A stretch of 64,000 bases of DNA from a virus, in IMG/VR virus record IMGVR_UViG_3300018876_000008, positions 32,001 to 96,000 of that record. The stretch is one strand, 5' to 3'. The notes beneath the pieces are model-generated. The model was given only the letters and a program-made list of their open reading frames with translations, was not told where the DNA came from and made no database searches. The translations under genes were made by a program, and so were the position numbers. This document shows positions 40,272 to 49,047 of this stretch, in pieces (position 1 is the first letter of the stretch; every line of letters starts with the position of its first letter).

Positions 40272-40679
40272 ATGAAAAAATACGCAGGTATAATTGTAAG
40301 GTGTAACAATAAGGTTCTACTTTGCAAAAGAAATTCGGACACGACATTACCAGGGTTTTGGTCATGTCCTGCAGGAAGTGTAGAAGATGATGAGCCAGTT
40401 AAAGACGCGGCCATTAGAGAATTTATTGAAGAGACTGATTTACCTGTCATGGGTGATATAGATTTTGCTGCAGTCATAAAACGATATAATAGAGATGGTA
40501 CAAAGGTTAAAGGTATGTTATATACCTATCTTATGGATGTTGAAGAAGAAATGTTTCCGGATTTAGAGAACGCTCACGATGGTGATGAGCATACAGAGTG
40601 TGGTTATTTTGGTAAAGATGAACTACCTGAACCAATGACCAAACAATTTAATAAACTTATAAATATAATTTTAAAATGA
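40272..40679 (+). CDS. NUDIX hydrolase
   Basis: Nudix box GSVEDDEPVKDAAIREFIEETDL. Confidence 0.9.
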   Translation: MKKYAGIIVRCNNKVLLCKRNSDTTLPGFWSCPAGSVEDDEPVKDAAIREFIEETDLPVMGDIDFAAVIKRYNRDGTKVKGMLYTYLMDVEEEMFPDLENAHDGDEHTECGYFGKDELPEPMTKQFNKLINIILK

Positions 40680-40885
40680 ACGAACAATTATTTAACATGT
40701 TGATGAAATCTGCTGAGGCAGATAGAGCAAAGGCTTTATTATCTTTAGAATTACTTGGTAATAAAGCAGTGGGGATTGGAGACCATTCAACAGAAGACTT
40801 CTACAAAAATGCTGAAGAAGCACTTACTACTTTAGTGGATGCAGATGATAGAATCGCAGCATTAACTAAGTATTTTAATAAGTAA
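40676..40885 (+). CDS. Small hypothetical protein
   Basis: 69 aa with VGIGDHS motif; ATGA-type overlap. Confidence 0.7.
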   Translation: MNEQLFNMLMKSAEADRAKALLSLELLGNKAVGIGDHSTEDFYKNAEEALTTLVDADDRIAALTKYFNK

Positions 40886-40908
40886 ATTCAAAAAAATTGG
40901 TCAAAGAG

Positions 40909-41045
40909 CTTGTCTGAGAGTAATTTTTTTGTATCTTTGTATAACTTTTAAAGAAAACGGGCATATTTATATTTTACCCTACTGATTATTTCAGAAATTT
41001 TTTTTAAAAAGTATTTGACAGATTGAAAATTTTGTTGTAAGTTTG
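40909..41045 (+). promoter_or_regulatory. Tandem promoters of the large ncRNA (two host-type, one phage-type)
   Basis: P1: CTTG 40909-40912, 19 nt, TATCTTTG 40932-40939. ATATTTAT 40963-40970. P2: TTTG 41014-41017, 20 nt, TAAGTTTG 41038-41045. Confidence 0.7.
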
Positions 41046-41054
41046 TCAAACAAA

Positions 41055-41086
41055 TCAGTAAGAGTACTGAAGACGTTCTTTGAAAA
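41055..41086 (+). promoter_or_regulatory. boxB-like hairpin + boxA-like antitermination element
   Basis: tcagta-agag-tactga hairpin (41055-41070) followed by GTTCTTTGAAAA (41075-41086), resembling rRNA-leader boxA. Confidence 0.5.
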
Positions 41087-41094
41087 TATTAATA

Positions 41095-41912
41095 AGTGTC
41101 TAATTTGACCATCACAGTTTGTGAAAGAAATACAAAAAGATTAACCCCTTTTTTCTACAACGGTTAAAATAAGACATTTGACGGCGGTTTAGCGTCGTTA
41201 GATAACCCCAGTAATGGGACTAAAGGGATTGAAACGGGAATAGTACACCGTGAATGTCCGCAGTCGTGAGGCTGACAACTAAACAAAGTGGCTACAATCA
41301 AGACCCTAAGGGCAACTGCTAAAGGGACGAGATTACTCTGAATCCGTGGAATATCAGAGTTGAGATAGTGATATCAATAGGAAAAGCTACAGGTGACGGT
41401 TCGACACATCCTGTCAGATGTTGTAGGGCTGGGTACCAGTACGAAGGGATTCCGAGACGATAAGTTAACGTATTCCTGAAGTACCGTAAGTTGACAGACT
41501 TACAGAGAGGTGTGAAGCATTTTGTTTCCAAAAGAAACGAACCTTCTCCCGAAGCACATCTTTCATTATCCCACAGTTGCTATACTAACTAACAATTAGA
41601 AAGCAAAAGTTCTTCGGGCGTTGACAACGAAAGGTGTCTAACACTTCGAGTCATAGACTAACGAAGTCATTGGTAAGACCGCAAGTCTTCTGATGTCGAT
41701 TACCAAATACCTGGTGGGACGGCCATCCCTTCGTAAACTCGCAAGGTTTAACAGAGTAAAGTAGTAGTTGAGTAGTTGTTAACGAGAAGAGTGGTTCACT
41801 CAAATAACCGACACTGACTTGATACTCTCGGCAACGATAGTGGATAAGTGAGCAACCGACATAGGGTAATCTCACTAAAGACAGGTCACATAAACGTGTA
41901 ATCTCAGCGTTC
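41095..41912 (+). ncRNA. Large (~820 nt) structured ncRNA, GOLLD-like
   Basis: No credible ORF and higher GC. GNRA hairpins at 41207-18, 41261-74, 41364-75, 41828-37. Long-range helices 41096-110/41162-177 and 41312-18/41574-80. The terminal hairpin loop GTAATCTC (41898-905) is complementary to GAGATTAC (41329-36). Has its own promoters and terminator. The family call rests on size, context and recalled resemblance only. Confidence 0.75.
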
Positions 41913-41935
41913 TATACTTTATATATATCTTCCTT

Positions 41936-41968
41936 AACCTCAGTTCTAACCAACTGAGGTTTTTTTTT
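41936..41968 (+). terminator. Intrinsic terminator of the ncRNA
   Basis: aacctcagtt-ctaacc-aactgaggtt followed by a T run. Confidence 0.88.
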
Positions 41969-41977
41969 ACCTAATAA

Positions 41978-42009
41978 TTTGTGAGTTAGAATAATATTCC
42001 TTATATTTG
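41978..42009 (+). promoter_or_regulatory. Bacteroidota-type promoter
   Basis: TTTG 41978-41981, 20 nt, TATATTTG 42002-42009. Confidence 0.7.
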
Positions 42010-42029
42010 TAATACTAAAAAAAAATATT

Positions 42030-42338
42030 ATGGAAGGAATTATCACATTAATCATTATCGGTTTCATTTTAACATTTGGTTCACAATTACTAAAAGGTAT
42101 TGGAAACATCTTCGCAGCTTCAGGTAGAGTGGGAGGATGGATTTTAGGAATTATTTTAGTTCTATTTCTTTTAAAGACCATTGTATTCTCACCTAAACCT
42201 ACAGAACCAGGTTCACTATCTCATGCAGAGGAAGTATTTGGAGGTAAAATTACTAAGGAAGGTGAATTTTTTATAGACGTATACGGTGATAAGTACAGAT
42301 GGAATGATACTGAAGAGGATTACGAATGGGTTCAGTAA
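42030..42338 (+). CDS. Two-TM membrane protein
   Basis: Two hydrophobic helices, then a soluble tail. Confidence 0.7.
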   Translation: MEGIITLIIIGFILTFGSQLLKGIGNIFAASGRVGGWILGIILVLFLLKTIVFSPKPTEPGSLSHAEEVFGGKITKEGEFFIDVYGDKYRWNDTEEDYEWVQ

Positions 42339-42388
42339 AATCACTCAAATTATTAGGTCAAGTCATTAATTTTAATTATATTTGTTAT

Positions 42389-42637
42389 ATGGAAAAAGGA
42401 GATAAAATAAAAGATATCAGAGACAATAGTATTCACATCGTTGAGTCAGTAGATGTATATGATGAAGTTACACTTATTTATACAGAAGGTAAAAAATACA
42501 TACCAATCGAGTCAGTTGAATTACTTAGTAAAGTGATTGAAAAAATAAAAAGTTTAATTTTTAACTTAGTTAAACCCAAAAACGAAAAGATACTAACCGT
42601 TAAAGAATTTGAAAAAAAATATTATGAAAATAGTTAA
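42389..42637 (+). CDS. Small hypothetical protein (start re-called to 42389, MEKGDK)
   Basis: TATATTTG at 42377-42384 immediately upstream; KGDKI motif similar to the 43242 ORF (KVGDYV). Confidence 0.6.
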   Translation: MEKGDKIKDIRDNSIHIVESVDVYDEVTLIYTEGKKYIPIESVELLSKVIEKIKSLIFNLVKPKNEKILTVKEFEKKYYENS

Positions 42638-42881
42638 AATTATACATCCTACATTTGGTAATCTACAAGAGAAAGTTTTTGAGGATTCTATACAATTTAA
42701 GATTTACCTTAAAATGGTACATTCTTGTTTGGAATTAAAACAAGACCTCACAACATCTAATGGGAATGATTTTCTTCTCCATATTCCTTACGATGTTCTT
42801 AAATGTTCGATTATTATGGGAGAGGCACAAACAGTAAGTTTGGCTGAATATGCAATTCAAAAATCTAAAATGGAAAAATAA
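42609..42881 (+). CDS. Hypothetical protein
   Basis: 90-aa ORF; the true start may be 42624. Confidence 0.6.
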   Translation: MKKNIMKIVKIIHPTFGNLQEKVFEDSIQFKIYLKMVHSCLELKQDLTTSNGNDFLLHIPYDVLKCSIIMGEAQTVSLAEYAIQKSKMEK

Positions 42882-43249
42882 TGGTAAAAATAATTAATAA
42901 TTTATGGAGTATGATTAAAATGATTATCGTTTTAATCTTTATGTTAGTAGGTGTTCACTTTGTAGGAACTGAGAAACTTGTAGAAGTGGGTCTTATTTGT
43001 CTTGGATTCTATCTTACATATAAACTCATAGATTTAGGTTATTTGTACCTTAAAAATAAGATAAACGGTTTTAAAACGAAAGAAACTAAAGATTCTAAAA
43101 CTGTTAAGGTTAAAGAAGAAATTAATCCTGAAATTAAATATATTGAAGGACTGATTAATGATATAAAAAAGAAAACTAAAAAGAGTGTAAAAGATAAAAA
43201 TACTTTAGACCTTTTAGGTATTAAACTAAAACAATTAAAGCGTGTATAA
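42881..43249 (+). CDS. Membrane protein
   Basis: Two N-terminal TM segments; Lys-rich tail. Confidence 0.65.
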   Translation: MVKIINNLWSMIKMIIVLIFMLVGVHFVGTEKLVEVGLICLGFYLTYKLIDLGYLYLKNKINGFKTKETKDSKTVKVKEEINPEIKYIEGLINDIKKKTKKSVKDKNTLDLLGIKLKQLKRV

Positions 43250-43433
43250 AGTTGGGGATTATGTAATACCAAAAGATAGTAAGACTATCAAGGTAATACA
43301 GGAGATAGAGGAGATTGAAAATCAAGTAATCATTTACATGACTGATAATAGTTCTTATCATATTAGTCAAATATTAACCTTAGATGAGGTAGTAAAAAAA
43401 GATAAACATTATAAAGAAAGTTTTAAAATATGA
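43242..43433 (+). CDS. Small hypothetical protein
   Basis: 63 aa, GTG start, coupled to its neighbours. Confidence 0.55.
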   Translation: MYKVGDYVIPKDSKTIKVIQEIEEIENQVIIYMTDNSSYHISQILTLDEVVKKDKHYKESFKI

Positions 43434-43909
43434 GTGAAAAAAAAGAAATAGTAGGATTTACTGCGGGTAATTTCGATTTGATACACCCTGGTTACATTTA
43501 CACATTTGAGAGCGCTAAAAAACATTGTGATAAATTTATTGTATTCTTACAAAGAGACCCATCACTTCATAGAAAATCTAAGTATAAACCAGTGGTTCCT
43601 TTATATGAAAGGTATAGAACATTAATGGCTATTGAATATATTGATGAGGTTTATGTTTACCAAACTGAAGAAGAGTTGTATGAGTTAATTAAATTTTTTA
43701 AACCTGATGTGAGAATTTTAGGTGAGGATTATATTGGTAAATCTTTTACGGGGGACGACTTACCTCCCAAAGTAGTCTATACTACACGAGCACACGGATG
43801 GTCGACTACCAGAATGAAAGACATGATTGCGATGCAGACAATCAAACAAAACCCCGAAGTAATCAAAGATGCAAATTATTTTGAACGTAAATTAGGAATG
43901 GATGATTAA
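43430..43909 (+). CDS. Cytidylyltransferase (TagD/RfaE-like)
   Basis: GFTAGNFDLIHPGY (HxGH variant), LGEDY, RAHGWSTT. Confidence 0.85.
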   Translation: MSEKKEIVGFTAGNFDLIHPGYIYTFESAKKHCDKFIVFLQRDPSLHRKSKYKPVVPLYERYRTLMAIEYIDEVYVYQTEEELYELIKFFKPDVRILGEDYIGKSFTGDDLPPKVVYTTRAHGWSTTRMKDMIAMQTIKQNPEVIKDANYFERKLGMDD

Positions 43910-44108
43910 AAAAGTATTAAGTTCAAGTAAAGTAGAGGTTAGTGATGACATTAAACACATGCCCAATCAAAAATGGCATAGAATTATAAGTTTTATTAAA
44001 TCAGGGATTAGAATTATTGGTTACGGATTTATACCCTTTAACTTGACAGTCGCGTGTTTCATACTTATTATTAGTGAAGTTATAGGAATCATTGAAGAAA
44101 TGGTTTAG
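43902..44108 (+). CDS. Small membrane protein
   Basis: HRIISFIKSGIRI...ILIISEVIGIIEEMV. Confidence 0.7.
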   Translation: MIKKVLSSSKVEVSDDIKHMPNQKWHRIISFIKSGIRIIGYGFIPFNLTVACFILIISEVIGIIEEMV

Positions 44109-44183
44109 AGGTAAAGGAAAGATAGATTTTCCTATTAGATTAAATAGGATGGTGGAGTAGTCCGATAGCCAAAGTCGGTCCCT

Positions 44184-44210
44184 AAAGGTGGAGGAAACTC
44201 CACCTTTTTT
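44184..44210 (+). terminator. Intrinsic terminator
   Basis: aaaggtggag-GAAA-ctccaccttt followed by a T run. Confidence 0.85.
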
Positions 44211-44268
44211 AGTTTTGAAACTACAATTTTATTAACATTCATATATTTATAATAAAACACCAAAAGAT

Positions 44269-44568
44269 ATGTCAAATATAATAATAACAGAATCTCAGTT
44301 ACGTAGATTAAAATCAAATATCAAAGAAGGGTCTCATGAAGGTTCTTATATGGCCAAACAACAGTTATTTACTATTGCAACATTAGCCTATAAAATGTGG
44401 GAACAAATGGAAGATGGTGAACAACTTGAAGATTGGATGGAAAGTAAAATAGCACAATCTGAACAAGGTTTAGTGTCTGTTGTAAAATCTTTTATGTACG
44501 ATGAGGCTGAGGAAGAGCTAAAAGGTATGGAAAAACTAAATTATGATGATTTAGTTATAGGTACTTAA
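44269..44568 (+). CDS. Phage protein with ITESQL leader
   Basis: MSNIIITESQLRRL...IKEG; YMAKQQL and LEDWMESKIA motifs; ATATTTAT at 44243-44250. Confidence 0.75.
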   Translation: MSNIIITESQLRRLKSNIKEGSHEGSYMAKQQLFTIATLAYKMWEQMEDGEQLEDWMESKIAQSEQGLVSVVKSFMYDEAEEELKGMEKLNYDDLVIGT

Positions 44569-44593
44569 TCAAAATAATTTATTGACAAATAGT

Positions 44594-44628
44594 AACCTTT
44601 CTTCTATTTTAGGAGAAAGGTTTTTTTA
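44594..44628 (+). terminator. Intrinsic terminator
   Basis: aacctttcttcta-ttt-taggagaaaggtt followed by a T run. Confidence 0.8.
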
Positions 44629-44649
44629 TACCTTAAAAAAAATAATACT

Positions 44650-44862
44650 ATGATAAAATTAACATTTAACACAAAAAAACACACGATGGTTTTTAAACCA
44701 GATACTGATAAAAACTATGTGATGGAATATCCTAATGTGACAACCATAAAGGATGAGGATAAGTACTATGAAGTTAGACAAAAACAAGAACCTACTGGTC
44801 CTAGTGTCCCAATTCTCAGAGTACCTATACAATCAACTATAATTGAATATATACATTCTTAA
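44650..44862 (+). CDS. Hypothetical protein
   Basis: 70-aa ORF upstream of thyA. Confidence 0.65.
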   Translation: MIKLTFNTKKHTMVFKPDTDKNYVMEYPNVTTIKDEDKYYEVRQKQEPTGPSVPILRVPIQSTIIEYIHS

Positions 44863-44864
44863 AA

Positions 44865-45923
44865 ATGAATAAATTAGACGAACAGTATAGAGATTTATTA
44901 TTAACTATCTTAGAACACGGTGTTAATAAATCAGACAGGACTGGTACAGGTACTAAGTCTATTTTTGGTTATACGATTCGACATAACATGAAAGACGGGT
45001 TCCCACTATTAACCACAAAGAAGATGGCAGTCAAAACTATGATGACTGAATTGAAGTGGTTCTTAAAAGGAGATACCAACATCAAGTATTTGGTTGATAA
45101 CGGATGTAATATCTGGAACGGTGATGCTTTCAAAAACTATATTAGTAAGACTAATGAGTATAAAGGTAATTGGCCTGATACTATGGATGAGTTTATTGAA
45201 CGAATCAAAACCGATGATGAGTTTGCTAAGAAGTGGGGGGAGTTAGGTCCTATCTATGGAGCACAATGGAGAAATTGGTTTCAAGAGGGAGAACAAATTT
45301 TTGAAGGTGAAACATTACAAGGTTATACTGAAAATAGTGTAGACCAGATTAAAAATTTAATTGAACAGTTAAAAACTAATCCTGATTCAAGAAGATTGAT
45401 GGTTAGTGCTTGGAATGTTGGGGAATTAGATTTAATGACTCTACCTCCATGTCATTACGGATTTCAATTATATACTAGACTTCTAACCGATGAAGAACGA
45501 TATAATATATGGTTTACAAACAATTATATGACGGGTATGGAGAGATTCTTTGACCCTAATAATCTACCTGACTTCGATGAAAAATATTATGAACCAACAC
45601 CTAAACGAGCAATATCACTTATGTGGAATCAAAGGTCGGTTGATACTTTTTTAGGTTTACCTTTTAACATTGCCTCATACGCAACTTTACTTGAGTTAAT
45701 TGCTAACGAAGTGTTTATGGTTCCTGACCAACTGATAGGTAATTTAGGTGATGTTCATCTTTATAATAATCATTTAGAGCAGGCAAAAGAACAAATAAAA
45801 AGAAAGGGATATAAGTTACCTTCAATCCATCTTAAAAATATAAATCTACTAAAGGGAGAATTTAATTATAATATAGATAATTATGAGTATCACCCAACAA
45901 TAAAAGCACCATTAAGTAATTAA
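44865..45923 (+). CDS. thyA: Thymidylate synthase
   Basis: DRTGTGT, FPLLTTKK, ELKWFL, LGPIYGAQWR, PDSRRL, LPPCH, QRSVDTFLGLPFNIASY. Confidence 0.96.
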   Translation: MNKLDEQYRDLLLTILEHGVNKSDRTGTGTKSIFGYTIRHNMKDGFPLLTTKKMAVKTMMTELKWFLKGDTNIKYLVDNGCNIWNGDAFKNYISKTNEYKGNWPDTMDEFIERIKTDDEFAKKWGELGPIYGAQWRNWFQEGEQIFEGETLQGYTENSVDQIKNLIEQLKTNPDSRRLMVSAWNVGELDLMTLPPCHYGFQLYTRLLTDEERYNIWFTNNYMTGMERFFDPNNLPDFDEKYYEPTPKRAISLMWNQRSVDTFLGLPFNIASYATLLELIANEVFMVPDQLIGNLGDVHLYNNHLEQAKEQIKRKGYKLPSIHLKNINLLKGEFNYNIDNYEYHPTIKAPLSN

Positions 45924-45925
45924 AA

Positions 45926-46429
45926 ATGAAATACGCAGGAATTGAATTAACAGAAGAACAAATTAAAGAAAGAAGAAGAAAATCTGATAAATACTTTGAT
46001 TCATTAGGGATAAACCCTGATACTAAAGGTAATATGCACACTGAACGTATATTAGATAAAAAACCAATATACAGACCTGAGGGTCCAATCATTAATGCAG
46101 ATGCAATGATTGAAATAGATTGTTATCTTTTTTATACACATATTGAAATAACCATGCAGGTAGGTGATGATACATATGTTTTTTATGGTAACTCAGGAGG
46201 TGTAGGATTTCCAGGTGGGATGACACAGGTTGGAGATGTTACATATTCAGATTTGGATACTTTACTTGCAACAACTACCTTTGGAGTCTTCTTTGGTGGA
46301 GACGTTGGAGGTGGAGTTGAGGTTACATGGGGAAGTCACGGTAATTGTGTTGGAGGAGGTACTGCTGATTGTTTCCCATGTTGTGCAGGTTCTTTTGGTG
46401 GTAGCGGTAATTGGGTTAAGAAAAATTAA
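45926..46429 (+). CDS. VapA/VapB-like (Rhodococcus equi Vap family) beta-barrel protein
   Basis: FYGNSGGVGFPGG...GDVTYSDLDTL and terminal GSFGGSGNW resemble the Vap core (FDGDAGGL...GTLFTNDLQRL; GVGGGSGSW). Confidence 0.5.
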   Translation: MKYAGIELTEEQIKERRRKSDKYFDSLGINPDTKGNMHTERILDKKPIYRPEGPIINADAMIEIDCYLFYTHIEITMQVGDDTYVFYGNSGGVGFPGGMTQVGDVTYSDLDTLLATTTFGVFFGGDVGGGVEVTWGSHGNCVGGGTADCFPCCAGSFGGSGNWVKKN

Positions 46430-46455
46430 TGAACTAAGAAACCAAAAATAGTATT

Positions 46456-46638
46456 ATGACTAAAAATAGACTTATTGAGAATATTGAAAGAGAAGATGTT
46501 TGGGACAGTGCTAAACATAATTACGCTGACACCTTACTCGAAAAATATGACAGTAAGGGAGTTAGAGATTATCTAACCAATAAATTCAAAGAGACTGGTG
46601 ATTACTATTACATCTCTATAGTTAAGAATAAGACATAA
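46456..46638 (+). CDS. Hypothetical protein
   Basis: 60-aa ORF in an operon. Confidence 0.55.
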   Translation: MTKNRLIENIEREDVWDSAKHNYADTLLEKYDSKGVRDYLTNKFKETGDYYYISIVKNKT

Positions 46639-47030
46639 TGGAAAAAAATATAATTGATTTCATTCAAAGGTTTTATGTGATAGAGAGGAACTATAAAAAT
46701 GAACTTTATATTAGGGATATTTTTGAAGATAGTATTCAAAATTACGTTATAGAGATTACACCAAAAGTTAAGTTTATATGGGGTAAAGCACAAAACGTAA
46801 CAGGTGTCAATTTATGGAATAAAGAATATAGTCATATACAAAAAATAATAAGAGAAGTTTTTAGAGATAAACAGAGTATTGGTTTTTATAAATTTATTAT
46901 TGACGAGGCACATCAAGAAGATTATAAAAATATAACCATACCTCTTAAAATGGTTAAAAATGAGTTTCCAAATCTGTATGGTGAAGAATTAGAAAAAATA
47001 ATAACTGAAAATATTAAAAAAAATGAGTAA
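46638..47030 (+). CDS. Hypothetical protein
   Basis: 130-aa ORF, TAATG coupling. Confidence 0.65.
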   Translation: MEKNIIDFIQRFYVIERNYKNELYIRDIFEDSIQNYVIEITPKVKFIWGKAQNVTGVNLWNKEYSHIQKIIREVFRDKQSIGFYKFIIDEAHQEDYKNITIPLKMVKNEFPNLYGEELEKIITENIKKNE

Positions 47031-47166
47031 CCATTTAAAAGAAACTAATATGACGTATTGGAAACATTGGAAGATAGCAATGAGTTCAGGTATTGCACTA
47101 ATAATACACGCTTGGTTTCCTAATATTTTAAAGGACTACGCAAGTAATAAAATTTGTAAAAAATGA
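47023..47166 (+). CDS. Short DUF6356-like protein, missing from the ORF track
   Basis: MSNHLKETNMTYWKHWKIAMSSGIALIIHAWFPNILKDYASNKICKK; HL..xY..H and IHAxFP..AS pattern; overlaps both neighbours. Confidence 0.6.
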   Translation: MSNHLKETNMTYWKHWKIAMSSGIALIIHAWFPNILKDYASNKICKK

Positions 47167-47753
47167 ATAGAGATTATAATAGTTTAAAAGATGTTATTGG
47201 TAAATTCAATAAGATTATTGTAACAGGACCACATGGGGCTGGAAATAAAATAACCACCAAAGTAATTGCTCATGATTTTAACTTACCTGAATTAAGAGGT
47301 GAATTTGCTTGGTCTTTAGATGAATATGAGTCAGAAGATGGAATCGTAACCTTTCATAATAAACATAAAAACTCAAAGTATTCTTCATTTGGTCCATCAC
47401 AATCTTGTCATCTACATCGAATACCTGAACAGTTAAAAGATGTTCTAGTTGTTTTTATGTATAAAGACATGAATAGTATTGAAAGGTATTCAGATAGAAA
47501 TCCTTTTGTTAAAGACCAAAGCCATCGTTATGAGTGGCAAGTCTATAGACAAATGGTTATGGAAGATTTTCCTGAAAGTGCAAACTATCTTAATAAAAGT
47601 ATAGAACAACTAACGTACCATATATGGGAAAACCATCAAAGAAAATTAGTACCTAATTGGGTTGAGATTAATCATAGTTCTTTAGAAGGTCATGAACTAT
47701 GGATTAGTAAGGAGGATAGAAAGAATTTTAAAGAGTGGCAAACTACTTTTTAG
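47163..47753 (+). CDS. P-loop sulfotransferase/kinase-like protein
   Basis: N-terminal IIVTGPHGAGNKIT P-loop-like motif. Confidence 0.5.
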   Translation: MNRDYNSLKDVIGKFNKIIVTGPHGAGNKITTKVIAHDFNLPELRGEFAWSLDEYESEDGIVTFHNKHKNSKYSSFGPSQSCHLHRIPEQLKDVLVVFMYKDMNSIERYSDRNPFVKDQSHRYEWQVYRQMVMEDFPESANYLNKSIEQLTYHIWENHQRKLVPNWVEINHSSLEGHELWISKEDRKNFKEWQTTF

Positions 47754-47768
47754 ATATATTTATCTATA

Positions 47769-48593
47769 ATGAAACTACTTAAACTTTTAGAAAATATGGT
47801 TCACGAGCAATATACCGGTGTTGACGTTAAAATGTTTGCATTATTTTCTGATGTATTCAGTGAACTTATAAAAGGGTTAGAGTTAGGTATGATGGATGAG
47901 GTTTACGAAGATTTACGAATTAAGTATAAGGACACTAAAAAACTAATACCCTTAAATTATTTCTATGAGTTTTTAATTAAAAACGGAGACTATTTTTTAC
48001 GTGATTCTGAACAATTAAGTGAAAATGACCAAACAAAATCAACACTATTTAAATATTGGGACGATAAAGGTATTGAAGCCAAACCTATTTATCATTATCT
48101 AAATTTAGATGATAGTAATAAGGATGACCGTAAAAAGATATTATCTTACAAAATAGAATATTTTGGTGGGATTGGGAAATTGTTTGATTTAATAAAACAA
48201 AAACTCAATATAGGTAAACCAGTTATAATTACTTCAGGAGGTTATGAAATGGAGGTATTTTTGAATGAGGTTAATATGGATATATATACCGGAAACACTA
48301 ATCATCCTCTTTTCGATAATGATACATCTTATCTTGCTTATTATGATGTTGAATTTATAATTAATGAAGATAATTCACAAGTTACACTAATGACTGACGG
48401 TGAAACTTATGATTTCAACGAATTAGGTAAAAATCCTGAACTAGCTGATTCTGTGGTTGATGAAATAGGATATGAGATTGGTGATGTATTAAGAAATTAC
48501 GTAGACGAAATAACACACCCTTATGGTTTGGATAGTGATTCTGTAGATTTTAAAGGTGTTAGTGAGGAAGACTTCAATAGGTTAAAAAAATAG
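47769..48593 (+). CDS. Phage protein with LLE/VHEQ leader
   Basis: 274 aa; ATATTTAT at 47756-47763, 5 nt before the ATG. Confidence 0.75.
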   Translation: MKLLKLLENMVHEQYTGVDVKMFALFSDVFSELIKGLELGMMDEVYEDLRIKYKDTKKLIPLNYFYEFLIKNGDYFLRDSEQLSENDQTKSTLFKYWDDKGIEAKPIYHYLNLDDSNKDDRKKILSYKIEYFGGIGKLFDLIKQKLNIGKPVIITSGGYEMEVFLNEVNMDIYTGNTNHPLFDNDTSYLAYYDVEFIINEDNSQVTLMTDGETYDFNELGKNPELADSVVDEIGYEIGDVLRNYVDEITHPYGLDSDSVDFKGVSEEDFNRLKK

Positions 48594-48624
48594 TTGATTA
48601 ATCAAAATTTTTATTTTAAGTTTG
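48593..48624 (+). promoter_or_regulatory. Bacteroidota-type promoter
   Basis: GTTG, 20 nt, TAAGTTTG (48617-48624). Confidence 0.6.
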
Positions 48625-48642
48625 TATAAATAAAATAACATT

Positions 48643-49047
48643 ATGCAAATTACAGAAAAAATATTTCAATACCTACAAACTTGCACCTATCCTTTTGAAA
48701 CTGTAAAAGTTGGTGATACTTCAGTATTAAGGAGTTACCCTGATATGGAAGACGTTCTAAGTTGGTTACGTAATCAACATGTTTATATCACAGCGCTTCC
48801 ATTTCGTGATGCGGATGATGGTCCTGAACTTTCATATTATTATTCGGTAATAGACCTAAATGATTTTGGGCAAGAAGAAGATATTCTCTGTGATGAAACT
48901 AACTTAGGTGTTTCTGATTTGGATTATGATACCTATGAAAATGCATTAATTTCGGGTGTTGAGAGTTACCTCAGTTATAAATCCAAAGATTTGAAATGGA
49001 AACGTGAGTTAATGTTTGGTGATAAAATTGGTGAAAAATTAACTTAA
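48643..49047 (+). CDS. Hypothetical protein
   Basis: 134 aa; P...VLSWLR...H...TYENAL pattern. Confidence 0.7.
   Translation: MQITEKIFQYLQTCTYPFETVKVGDTSVLRSYPDMEDVLSWLRNQHVYITALPFRDADDGPELSYYYSVIDLNDFGQEEDILCDETNLGVSDLDYDTYENALISGVESYLSYKSKDLKWKRELMFGDKIGEKLT

Noticed and set aside
40244-40477. N-terminal extension of the DUF192 ORF in the track
   Set aside because: It overlaps the NUDIX gene in antisense; the domain and promoter motif indicate a start at 40243.
41319-41875. Minus-strand ORFs 41319-41531 and 41651-41875
   Set aside because: Atypical composition and antisense to a structured RNA that has its own promoters and terminator.
41095-41912. Group I/II intron, RNase P, tmRNA or rRNA identity for the large RNA
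   Set aside because: It does not interrupt a gene, and I see no group II domain V, RNase P GAGGAAAGUCC motif, tmRNA tRNA-like ends or rRNA signatures.
44865-45923. Intron or intein in thyA
   Set aside because: The ORF is continuous; the extra segments are short insertions without intein or homing-endonuclease motifs.
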